Positions 1-11,500 of a DNA stretch of 64,000 bases are shown piece after piece. Below the pieces are notes generated by a model. That model ran no database searches. It was not told the origin of the DNA and was given only the letters and a program-made list of their open reading frames with translations. The stretch is from Klebsormidium nitens (Eukaryota > Plantae > Klebsormidiophyceae): NCBI GenBank assembly GCA_000708835.1, contig DF237059.1, positions 130,944 to 194,943 of the forward strand, in the 5' to 3' direction. Positions within the stretch are counted from its first letter, which is position 1; each line of letters begins with the position of its first letter. A program made the position numbers and the translations under genes.

Positions 1-94
1 ATGTTGGCCGTATCACTCGTTCGTTTCCTAGCTCAGTGATCAGCCCTGGCAACTGCTGCACCCACCAATTCTAACCTCAAAATCATGATCTCAC

Positions 95-998
95 CGTAAC
101 TAGTCTGAGCACACAACGCCTCCGCCAGCCCCAGCAGCGCCGTCACTTTGTCCCCCCGCTCTGCTCCCCGGCCAACGCACTCGCCAAAGTACTCTGCTGC
201 GCTTTTGGCACTTCCAAGTTCCAACAGTTTCCACCCCCTCCTCAGAAGCGCCTCTACAGAAAGCTCCTCCAAGCTCTCTAGCCCCTCTGGTTTCCTTAAC
301 CCCTGGTTTAACCCCTGGCTAACCTTGTTGGCTTTCCCCGTTTTGCCTGCCCCATTGGGCTTACTCTTCTTCTTCTTTAGCTTTGTCTTCTTCTGCGGCA
401 ACGATTCCCCAGAGGCTGCCGCCCAGATCTCCGCAACGTTCTTCTTCTTCTTTCTTCTCAGAGGGCCCCTTGGTGCCCCATTTTCCTCCCAGCTTTCTGC
501 CGACACTTCAACCTCTTCTAAGCTGGGGACATTATCCACCCCTTCCGTTTCAGCCAGAACACTCAAACCCGCATCAGATTCAGAGGCCAATCCTGCGGAT
601 GCACCGGTCAGACTTGCAGCTCTGCAGATTCCCAACGGTACTGCCCGACCAAACGCTGGCAACGAATGGTCTATACCAGCACGCCTGAACCCAGAAATCA
701 ATGGCGCCTGGTAGCCAAGGTCAGTCTTCTCTCCAACAAATCTCACTTTTCTACCCCCTATGCAATCTCCCAAGTGACTGCGGACCGACTTTTGCAAGTA
801 ATTGTTAGTACCCCCTGTCCGGTTGGTTGCCGACTTCAGCGGATTCCTTATTTGGCAGCTAGCAACGTAGTTGCTGTGACTCAAGAAGCCTTTGGAAAGG
901 CTTTGCGTGCATCCCTTGAGGCTTGTGTTTGTTGAGGAAAACTGAGGTTTGAGTAACGTGTGGCAAGAATCTGATGGCCTCAGAAGCTTCACCGCCAT
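95..998 (-). CDS. 5' exon of a probable organelle-targeted protein with TPR-like helices; gene continues beyond the window's left edge
   Basis: ATG at 998 (MAVKLLRPSDSCH...). Ser/Arg-rich transit-peptide-like N-terminus, Lys-rich low-complexity middle, then LLRRGWKLLELGSAKSAAEYFGECV...VTALLGLAEALCAQ, which resembles a TPR helix pair. GT donor (gtgag) follows position 95. Confidence 0.6.
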
Positions 999-1750
999 GG
1001 CGTAGCGTCTGAACGAAAACCAGAGAAGCAATTGTCACGAACGAGGGCCCCTCACGACCTCTGCAGGGCTAAGGACAAATGCCTCCTGCAAACGACGTCC
1101 ATTGGCATTGGCATTGTGTAAGCTTTCCAAAACGATGACAAATGCCAACGCAATTGCTGGACCGCTCTCTCGATCAGACTAACAATACTAGTCTATAGCC
1201 TTGGTGAGCGTCCGACGGCAAGGCTCGTACCACCCAAAACTATATTTCACCCAACTGATGCATGATCTGTGTAGCCGTTGCGAAGAACGGCTTCAACGTG
1301 GTTTCTTTGCCGTCAGTGTATTCGGGGAATCCTAAGTACCCTACATTGAAGAACCGTCACTTTGAGACAACGGCGTCGGGCCGCTTGTTGAGTTCAATGG
1401 AGTATACGCCGGCGCGAGGTTGGTGCCAGTGGCAGGAGCAGAAAAGATATTCAGGATTGAACTTTGCATTTGACAAGCTCCGTTTTCCCTTTCCCTGTCC
1501 TGCACCTCTCCTGCAGCTTTCTGCTTTCCAAGCTTTGAGATTGAATAGCGCTGCGCTGAATTGGGTGCAACACCAGCTAGACAAGACTTTGTAGCTGGAC
1601 CAGGTGGCAGCTTCAAGCATGATCTTGAAAGATTGAGCTGCATTCCAGCTCCTAACCAAAATTCCAGCGGCTCCTTTGGTGCTATGAAGCGCGGCGCTGT
1701 GTCCTGGGCAAAGTCCATTCCGCAAGCTGCCGCATATCATCTTCTGTTCG

Positions 1751-3573
1751 ATGCAAACTCGTAGCAAATACCTGCAAATGGCCGATATGCCAAAAACAGG
1801 TGCAAAGCCTGTGAAAATGAGCCTCCAGGTGAACAAGTTTGAGATCAGTGTGGGCGACAGGGGACCCAATCCTTTTGAGCGTAAGCGGCAGTTCTTGGTT
1901 GAACAGAACTATGTGCTGCAATATGAGATTCGTGTAAAGGGCACTTTCAGAAATGGAGAGCAATATTCTGTAGATCTCTTTCCAGCTTCTCATACAGATG
2001 CTCATACGATGCCCATTAAGGGAGACATCCTTCTCGGCTCAATACATATTGTAGCACAGACCAGTGCCATTGACCTGACTTTTAGCATGAGCAGCGATCA
2101 TCTGGCCGCCTGCGATGGTCTTGAAGACTTCACTACACAGATGGACGGCACTGTGATTCGTCTCTGGATAGATGACGAGGTCCCTTTTGTTGAGAAATAT
2201 GTCACCATCTCAGAAGTCGGACTTATTCTGAAGAGGAGATTGGAAACAAGAGTAAGAAAGCGTGGTCGACATGAGTTGGACATAGATGGAATGAAAGTAG
2301 AAACAAGATTGAATATTCAATTTGCCATGCATTTGCGGCGATCTTTCTGTGAAACTGAAGGGATTCCTCCGAAAATCCCAAAAAGGCAGCAAAGCCACCT
2401 CGTCGACGCTTTAGTTGACCAAAGTGGAGATGTTCAACTTCTTGGCCAGGTAAGTTCGCCATGCTTCAGTGTTTGACTTGATCGAGCCAGCATACGATCG
2501 TCCTGGTTTCGAAGCACCGTTGACATTGCATCCTGTTCTAATGTTCCATGTTGATGATGGTGAGCATTCAAGGACTCCAATAACTAGGCCCACTTGTCTT
2601 GAAATTTCAGTCCATACGAACGAGTTTATCTCTTGACGGATTTTTTGCCAGTATTCACAATCAATGAGGCCATGGTGACATTCTTGGAATATTGTTCTTG
2701 CAGGATGGATCAGTCCACACAGCTCATTCGTCAATCCTAGTTGAGTCGGCTCCCTACTTTCAGGCTTTGCTGAGCAAGAATTGGTCTGGCGAAAACACAA
2801 AAGACCTGTCCCTGCCTGTCCCTGCCACTGGAGAAACCATTAAAACCTTTTTGAAAGGCTTGTATGGGGTCCCAATCGGTTTGCAGGCACAGGTTGGGAA
2901 GAACTTTCCACAACTCGAGGTATGTAACCCATGGGCCTACGGATTGGTATTTTGATCAAGGTGACTGATGCAATGGAGACTGATTTTTGTGAGCTGACAC
3001 ATGCAAGCCTTATTTGAGCTCGTTTTCGATGGGCAAACTTCTTTTGGTTATGACTCTACTCCAAGATAGCTGAGAGCTGCTTAGCGCGCGCTGGCCCCTC
3101 ATATGTAGCTGGGAACCAATCTCACTAAGCAAGTGAGAAGAGCTGCTGTTTAACCAAGTTCGAACATCATTGGCAACAGCTTCATATCCTGCATCTGATC
3201 AGGTCTACTTGGACGAAAGTTATGGCGAGCACTTAATACTTTTGCATCCTCTATTTTGTGACAGGACGTTTACCGCCTAGCAGATGCTTGTGGGGCTCGT
3301 CAAATCTGCCTTCAGATTGTTCACTGCCTGGAAGTCTCGGAGGCAAATGTTTCCTGGTGGATTGACTGGTTGAAGGAGGAGCATGCGCCTGATGAGTATG
3401 AGGCCGTGAAGAAGAAAGTCTGCAGCTTCATGAAAAGTAGCTTCGCGCCCGCTGATCTCTGGGACTTCTTTGAGCCCGACACAATGCAAGCACTCTGGGA
3501 AGTTCGGCAAGGAGATTCTAGAGCTCAGAGGGCACTAGAGAAAAGTCGTGGCAAGACCAAGGTTGCTCAATAG
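1751..3573 (+). CDS. BTB/POZ domain protein; exons 1751(or 1778)-2449, 2704-2919, 3265-3573
   Basis: Phase-0 joins give ...GDVQLLGQ|DGSVHTAHSSILVESAPYFQALLSKNW...TIKTFLKGLYG...QLE|DVYRLADACGARQICLQI. This is the typical BTB pattern (DV.L...G..f.aH..iL...SpyF.al; A..y.l..L...C). All junctions are GT-AG. Confidence 0.85.
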
Positions 3574-4672
3574 ATTGGTAGTTTTCTTATCACAAAGTCA
3601 CCTCGAAGCTCAGGCCCCGGATGCTATTCTGAAACCAGACCGTTTGTACTACTTGCTAGGGCTTGCCAGGATTCACAAAAGCCAGTTCGTTTGACAGATT
3701 TCGGGCCATGGATGATTGCTCCTGTGATTGGCAACTTGGACATGCGATCTGATTTATAGTCCAGTGAGCTTGAAGTACATATCTGAATTACTTGATGGTA
3801 CAAGCTAGCCGCCCATCATTGCCCATATACATAAGTTTTGTTTCCGAACTTCGAATATGTACGAATGGTTTCAATGGCTTAAGCATGATCATCTAGCATG
3901 AGTTGTCAGCTGCGCTTTTAAACATGACGGAATTCAATGACTTGCATCGAACTCCTTCGCTCGATCGATCCGATTATGCGACGGTGATCATCTACCACGA
4001 TCATCTACCATGACATCTACCATGATCCGAGCTCGATCAAAGATTGCATAAGCTGTATGCTACTGAGTGCCAGAGTGCACTATAAGGGACTCGTTCTTGG
4101 CAAACCAACTTGGTTCTGCTCTCAGTTACTCGTGCACTTGCTTGCACAAGCTATGATGATTCGACGAGCGCGGCGCTCAATTCAGTGTCAGCTCGTTATC
4201 GTTGGAGTCTTGGAGAGTGACAGACATCACGGTAGACAGGCTTGCTCGAGACGAGTAAACTCATGGAAGTCACCTTCAAGGTACTTGTACGTAGTAGCCA
4301 ACCTGCTTTCACTTCCTGGATCCCCCTCAATCTGACTTGGTGCTTGTAAGACCAACTCTTGGCGGCGTGCGACCCTCAGATGCTAATACGGAAGTTGCTG
4401 CAACAAAAACGAGCAAGTCAGAGCGACATGATTGCTTTGTCAAGTCCGCCGACCAACTCTTAAGTATCATGGAGGGCCAAAGATTAAGGCCGTGCTTCGT
4501 GAAGCGCCGATACATCGTTCGCTCTATTTATTAGGCAGCGGATAGCAAAGCCGATGCAGATTTCCTAACATGTTCCCCGATCGGTCCCGAGCTGCATAGA
4601 ATGAATCTTATCTACGAAAACAGTGTTGCCAAGGAAACCTCAGCTGTGTTAGGAGCAAGTCTTCCTGCTCAC

Positions 4673-6475
4673 CTTATGAAGTCTGGCATTCGTGACAACA
4701 CACCCCGGAAGTCGTGGTAGCTGACGCCCCAGTGGTACGGGTCGATCTCGCTAGAAACCTACAGCAACCGGTTGTCAAGAGGTCGAACTTCGATTGTGCA
4801 CAGCTTGAAGAGTGCTCCTCGGACTTGGCACTGACTGGGCGTGCAGTATGTTGTTAGTATGAGAAGAAAAATATTAAACTGAGGAAGGGCCTACTGGCAT
4901 GCTCCAAAGTCCGTCCAGTCTTCCGGCTCTTCAACACATGCTTCTGGTCCTGATGTTCACAAGTATTCGACTTACAGTGACGCCCACCAAATTTAACTTT
5001 GTATTCAGAGCTGCCTTTGATGCTGACCTCGTGCTCGATTTGAACGCGCCAATAGCAGAAATGGTGCATAGTCCCTTACCCGTTGGACGATGTTGGACAG
5101 CTCCTCGTCGCTAAGGTGCGACGACGACTGCTCCAAAGCGTAGCCCTGGCGGTTGTAATTCCCGTTGCACATCAAGTCCAGGCCCTTCTTGATGTCAGCT
5201 GTGCACGAATGGAGAGCTGATCAAAATAAGACGCCCTGTAGCTGCTTCTACTGACATGAGGATCTGGAGCTGACGTTTTTGAAACAGTGCAATAAAGACA
5301 CCGGCAATCCACCGTCTCTTCTGACTGTTCTGAGCCAGGCTGCTTTTTATGCAAGCTGGTTTTTGCCGTTGATACTGCTCTAAGGGCGTCCTCACTGTAC
5401 CTCAGAGCAGGCAGCATTTATGCTGAAAGGAAGACCTGTCCTTTGATCCTCGATCAGTCTCCCCGACTAGCCAAGGTCGCGGCCTTGTCCGTGTGATGGG
5501 GCAGAGCTCATCCAGCTCACCTGGTCCGATGACATCGTCGCCGTCGAAATCCCAGATTGCAAACGCCCAAATCATCTTGATCTCCGGGTCCGTCCGGTGG
5601 CTGAAGACTGCCATCATGTTGAGGAACTTCTCAAAAGTCAGGTCTCCTGAGCCATCCTCTGCACCAAATTCCGAACGCTTTGGTCAAAGTTCCTTCGCGA
5701 AAATGTGGAACCGTAGGAAAGTTGTCGACCCCCATTACCAAATATACTTCTTTCTTACCTTCTTTTGGATTCTCATTCTTGCAGGTGATGGCTGAGCATA
5801 CACAATGAGAGCATTTGAGCCTGCATTCAGCTCTATAGACCCCAGATTGGCAAAGAACTTTAGAACGTTCTAAGTGTAGTCAATAGATGCAGAACCCACC
5901 ACTGAAGAGCTCGCATATTCGTGGTGCAAAGGGGTTTGCCCGCATCTCCTCGATGTTCATCACCTCCTTTGCCCTTAGGCTGTGCAGGCCCTCGGCACTC
6001 AGGGCTTGAAACTTGGTATGCAGCTTCAGAATCTCCTTCCGCGTAAAGGGAGTCCTAGGAGAGATTTCAGGACAGGCGATGTGCTGAGGTCCACTTGGTA
6101 GAAGCATTCAACTGGAAAAGTCCTTCAACAAAAAATATATACGCGTGCAGAACGAACGATTGTTCGTCACTGCCAGAAGCACCAGAGTCGTGCATCCTAA
6201 AATTGCTCTTTCTCTTGCCAATGCCAAAGCTGTGACCCAGATGTGTGTCAGCTCAAAGGATATTGACGCTTAGGCTATAGTGGACTCTAAACATGCTTTT
6301 TGCTCCATCTGACAGCTGCAGGCTTCAATCAGGGTAATTGCTCAGGGAAGGTAGTAGATTTTGATAGGTTCTCAAAAGCAGCCGCAGCATTGAAATCAGC
6401 TCACCTTTGCACAAAGTCGTTGATCTCTTCTGCCGCTAGCTTGAAGACAGCCTTCTTACTTGGACTGGACGGCAT
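4673..6475 (-). CDS. Calcium-and-integrin-binding (CIB)/calcineurin-B-like EF-hand protein, about 190 aa; exons 6475-6405, 6054-5900, 5658-5521, 5198-5080, 4758-4673 (last short exon not resolved)
   Basis: Spliced translation: MPSSPSKKAVFKLAAEEINDFVQRTPFTRKEILKLHTKF...EMRANPFAPRICELFSEDGSGDLTFEKFLNMMAVFSHRTDPEIKMIWAFAIWDFDGDDVIGPADIKKGL...LSDEELSNIVQRVSSEIDPYHWGVSYHDFRGVLSRMPDF. It matches CIB hallmarks (T.fT..EI, ANPF..RIC.lFS, lsFedFLdm.sVFS, AF.IwDFD.D, SR.PDF). All four introns are GT-AG and phase-consistent. Confidence 0.85.
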
Positions 6476-7320
6476 CTCTACGTTTAGACAAGCTCAGCTT
6501 CTACAATCTCCTGATCAGTCAAGGCTACCACATCTTTGCTTAAACTGCCACAGCTGGCGAGTACACTTTCTACCTTCAGAAAAGTTCTCAAGTGACAAGG
6601 CCAGAAATAAAGTGCAAGGGTATGCATGCTACCTGTACAGCCCTATCAGCAATAGCGATGGCATGTAAACCTCATGTTGATCCATTGATCTCGTGTCAAT
6701 AAACTGTGCGCACGCAAGTATCTTAATCTGTGACAATAGCGGCCCCAAAGCTCGGCCTGGCTTGGACCTCGCAATGAAAGCTCTACTAAGCACCTTAGGG
6801 CGCCCAAAGCATTAGAATTAGTATCAACTGTATGCTACGTGCGACGCAGAAAATAATTACAAGCGCTTGAAGAGTTGCGCCCCGCCACCGCCCTTGCCAG
6901 CTCTGCAGGTGGCAGCTGTCTGCGCGTCGTTGCATGTGCCCGCAGCTGTCCTTGTGTTAGAATCGCTCTGCTGAATGGCCTTCTTGAAGATGAGAGTTCA
7001 TGAATCATGTACAATCGAATTTCGAAAAGCGAGCCAATTTTGATCTCTGTTGATCAATTCTGGATAAATGATAAACGTTTTCCCAAGAGCATTCTGCGCG
7101 CGCAGTCTGGCCCAACCAATCAGCGGCCGTTCATTTTGGGTTATCGGACGGGTTCCTAAGAGGTCAGCGTAACCAGACGGAAACCCATAGGCTCTGGATA
7201 AAACGGCTGCTGCCACAAATTGTGTGTCCAAGTCTTCTTGTCGTTGAGCACAAGTTCCGCAGCTAGAGCCTCAGGAGGGTCTCGCTTCGCTTGGCGGAGG
7301 GAGCGTTCAGCATATCGCAC

Positions 7321-7893
7321 ATGGCGCTGCTGCCTTGGAAGAAGTGGATAGGCATTGACAGCATCGTGGACATAAGTCAGGAGGATGATGACGAAAGGCG
7401 CAGGCCGTTCGCTTCCGCTTCTTTCTCTGCAGACGGCACTCCGCGCGTCGTCGATGAAGAGGCGCTAGCGGCAGCAAGAGCTGCAAACGAGGGTTACGCT
7501 GTTCCTGTGCATGTATTGGCGAGCCGCGCACACCCTAAAAGGCAGCCGGTGGTGGTTATCAGCAGCTACCTAAAGCCGTCAGAGCGGCTGATAGAAGCGA
7601 GGACAGGAAAGAGAAAGCCCAGAAAAGGCTCGATGACGTCAGCATTGCCTGCTGTGGCTGCGGTGGGGCTGGCAGGGTTTGCTGGCAGGAAGTTGCTGAA
7701 GAAGCTGAGGGCAAACAGGGAAGAGCCGCTATGGGCGTTGAGAGGTCTAGAACAAAAGGTGCCCGCCACTGCCCCTGTTGAAGAAGCTTGCATCCAATGT
7801 CTTTCAGAGAGCAGAGGGGTTAGTATAATGTTTCACCGTTACCAAGATGGGGTCACCATTCACAATCTTGCGACGGGAGTAGATGCGTACTAG
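7321..7893 (+). CDS. Single-exon hypothetical protein (about 190 aa) with one hydrophobic helix
   Basis: Open frame MALLPWKKWIGIDSIVDISQEDDDERRR... with protein-like composition and a central SALPAVAAVGLAGFAGRKLLKK segment. No family recognised. It lies divergent from the CIB-like gene. Confidence 0.55.
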   Translation: MALLPWKKWIGIDSIVDISQEDDDERRRPFASASFSADGTPRVVDEEALAAARAANEGYAVPVHVLASRAHPKRQPVVVISSYLKPSERLIEARTGKRKPRKGSMTSALPAVAAVGLAGFAGRKLLKKLRANREEPLWALRGLEQKVPATAPVEEACIQCLSESRGVSIMFHRYQDGVTIHNLATGVDAY

Positions 7894-8538
7894 TCGACAC
7901 CCTGACTTGGTCGTACACTTTGTCATTTTTTTCGAATGTCTAGAGTTGTCAGGACCGTGGTTGTCTGTGCTCTACATGCTCGGATCCTTCTCATTGGGTC
8001 CGAATGGTGGATTGAAGGTATTCTAAATAATTGTGGTCAATCTTTGAGGCACCTGTGGACTATTCTTGGGGTATGCCTGGCCGTGGTCGCATCACATCAT
8101 AGTAACGCTGTGGCCTTCTAGGCTTCAGTAATGTCTTTGTCTCTGGAAATTGTTTATCAGGTGACAGCTTGTCACTTTGCCGAGAAGGTCTTTGAAAGCA
8201 ATCTGGAATCTATATATAAGCCCACCCTGCTTTCCAAGAAGCCCTCTTGAATGATTTCACCCATGAAGTTCTGTTTTCGCTCTGATGGAACCTAGCCTTT
8301 TTTGGGTTCCGAACACCTGCCCCTCCTGACATAGGAGCTTCTTCTTTTGGCACCCCTTTCCAAATGCCTACCTCACCTTCAAGCAATCCCTTCTTTCCGG
8401 TCCCCTTGGTAGAAGAAATTGTTTTTTTTTGGCACTCCTTCATATCATGGGGACTCCAACCTCCTACAACTCCTGGCGAAGAACATTCTTCTCCTCTGTC
8501 ATCACTTCACAGTGCCCATCTCTCCTCCAAGTAACTCA

Positions 8539-11500
8539 ATGTCTCAATCCTCTTGGCAACAGAATCTTGAGTCGTATGGGGACTCCAACCTCCTTCGCCT
8601 CCTGCCCGAAGAAGTCCTCCTGTCCGTCACCAGCCGCCTCGGCATCGCCGACCGCCTCCGCCTTGCCAGCACCTGCCGCAAGCTGTACCACATCAGCACG
8701 CTCCCGTCCGCATGGGCGTCCGTCGACCTGTCCGGAAGCGGCCCCGCCGTCGCCCGGATCTCGGACAAAGAGCTCTGGCGTCTAGTCAGGCGGTGCTGCG
8801 GAGGCGACGACGTCAGCAGGGGCGGTGCTGATGTCGGCCGGGAGAGAGATGACGTCGGCAGGGAGCCACCGCCCTTGAAGGGGCGCATCTGGCGTGATGA
8901 GGTGCTGAGGGAAGAGACGGTTGTTGCTCCACCGGGGAATGCAACCGGGGGGGCTGCGCAAGCAGGGGCCGGGCCCCCCGGGGGGATCATCCTGGCGTCG
9001 GTTAACCAGCTACGAACCCAACAGGGTCAGGAGCAAGCCCCAACGGTTTCAGCTGCCCCCCCCACGGGTGCGGTGGTCGATTCTACGTGGGGTTATGCGG
9101 GGGGAGTGGAAGAGAACAAGTCCCCGCTTGGAAGAGGGGACCCGCTTTCGATGTCAATTCCTCTTCGGTATTTGGACATCTCAGGTTGCAGTCAGATCTC
9201 GCGGGAGTGCCTAACGTCAATCATCGCGCATTCTGCGAGCAGTTTGCGGCAGGTTCGGGCGTCGGGGGCGTGTTTTCTGGACCGGAGGGGCGTGGATTTG
9301 ATTGTGCAGTATGGGATCCAAGCGGAGGTGGATGTGGAACTGACGGCGCCGAACAAGGTGGAGTGGCGCATGCTGCTGATGAACCTGAGGGGAGAACGGG
9401 ACCAGGGCCTTATCATTAAGCGGCTCCTACTGAAAGGTTCGATTTGTTTCTCGCCCTTGCGACCTCCTTTCCGACCATACTCCGTCTGTCTCGTGTGCGG
9501 ACCGTTTTCTGACCCTCCTGTTGCTTTTCTGGAAACGCCCGGTGGCACACTGTGTTCTTGGGCGGCAGGTCCTTTTCAGGTGTCTGTCTTTCTCCAACAT
9601 GCGCCTCGCAGAACTCGCTTGCCCGGACTACACCCAATTGCAATCGGCCTTTGCTTCCGTCTTTTTCGCACCTGCTTTTTCTGCCACTCCACCCTCGTCG
9701 TCCTCCCCGCAGACGCTCTCTGGCGCGCATTGACTCTCGCACCGCCAAGGTCTTTTTCAAGTGTCCGTTTTTCGCACCATACACCTCGCGAAGCATTGCA
9801 CCTCGACGGGAGTTGATTAGCGTCAGCCTTTTTTGCGGCTCTTCTGTGCCTCACTTTCTCATACCGCACCATCCTTCAGTTCGTTGCAGATGCTCCGCTG
9901 GCTCTCATCGACTCCCGGTCCGGGCAAAGCCTTTTCAAACGTCCTTTTCGCCACCATGCGCATCGCCGGAACGCGCGGTAGCACTCCCCATCTCGTGCCT
10001 CTCTCTTCTCACACCCCACCCTCACTACCCCTTTGCAGATGCTCCGCTGGCTCGCATTGACTCCCGCGCCGGCAAAGTCCTCTTCCAGATGTCCATTTTG
10101 CACAACATGCGCCTCACCGAACTCCACCTCGACCATTGCGTTCTGCGCCCGTCGGACGCGGTCACTGTGCTGGAAGCGGTTCAGCACAACGTGGGCTTGC
10201 ACACCCTACGCATTAGCAGTGAGTTTTCTTCTCGTCTTTCATCGCCTGGTGCTTGTTTGACCGAGCTTTCGGCTTGTTTCCTTGGTCTGAACTCCGAGGG
10301 AAAGATTCAGTCGCGTTGGTTAGCGGCAGTCAGCTGACGGAGGTCACCTTGCTTTGCTGAGAAGCGTTGACTCGCTCGACTTCTCGAACGACGGTAGGGG
10401 GCAGTCGAAAGGCGAAGACCCGCTGGCAGTGACATGTATATCGACGCCTAGAAGCCCAAAATTCTGGAGTGTATTTCATAGTGAGTACACTGACGTGCGA
10501 AAGGAGCAGGACTGCGACATGCGTTAGCGGCGAGCGGGATGATTTTAATAATTGACTTTGTCAACTTTCGTTACGCATCAGCGGAGATTTTTTTGGAGGA
10601 TGTCGCAGAGGAGTGCGCCCAATGTGGAAAAAGTACGACGAGATGCTCCAAACCCTGCATAATAGCAGTGGGCCTTACGTCATCTTCATAAACTCAAAAA
10701 CTGGGATTCTACTCCGAAGTTGCTCTCTTGCATTTGACGGGCTCAAAGGTGCGGAGAAAGTTGGTTCGAGAGTGCCGATAATAGCTGGACCAAAGGAAAC
10801 CGTTTGGATGACAACAAAAACTTGTTCCTGTGGCGCGCAGAAGCCCCGGAGGGCATCTTCGAACACGTACAGCCCGTGCGCGCCGCCTTGACGGCGATGT
10901 TGCAGGACAATTTCACCCTGCGGAGCTTGATCATTGAAGGTGAACTCCTTTCTTCCTACTGATTTCAGCAGGCAGCAATCTCCAAAACGTTTGAGGTAGT
11001 CAGCGGTGGGAAGAGGACTGTGTGCTGCGTGAGGCGTGGCGCTGCGTAAGTTGTGGCCTCTGTTCCGTTTTGCTAAGTCCCTTGCTGCAGCTGAAGCTTT
11101 TTGAGAAATTCTAAAGGGCTTCGGTGCATCATTGCCAGATCAGAAGCTTGTGTCCCGAAGCAGGAGTCGTTTTATAATCAAAATTGCCTTCATCGCCGAT
11201 TCCATTCGAGCGGCTGGTATGTGACTTGACCCTGAAAGTTACTTGGAAGATACTTGAAAGCACCGACATATTTGTGCGTTCTATCAATAAAGTGTTTGAC
11301 ATGACATGGGATCCGTACTTTATGTTCGGAGGTTGATGCCACGGTGTTGCTTGCAGATACTCGAGTAGACGAAGACTGCGTTGACGGAATCGTTCTTGGC
11401 GCCAGTGCCAATGGCGCGCTGACGAGCTTGGGGCTCAGTAGTAAGTTTGCGTCCCTTTGGTGCATTTCTTTTTGCGTTCTGCTGCGATTGGACGCTTTTG

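Noticed and set aside
1095-1155. Small imperfect inverted repeat (ttggcattgt...acaaatgccaa) between divergent genes
   Set aside because: The arms are only about 10 bp and within chance expectation, with no associated function evident.
3985-4030. Three to four copies of gatcatctacca-like 11-12-mers
   Set aside because: Very short decayed minisatellite in a 3' intergenic region, with no further structure.
8419-10337. Long ORFs 8419-9816 and 9552-10337 as continuous CDS
   Set aside because: They read through intron 1. The apparent repeated peptide LARIDSR comes from the intronic exon copies, not from a protein repeat.
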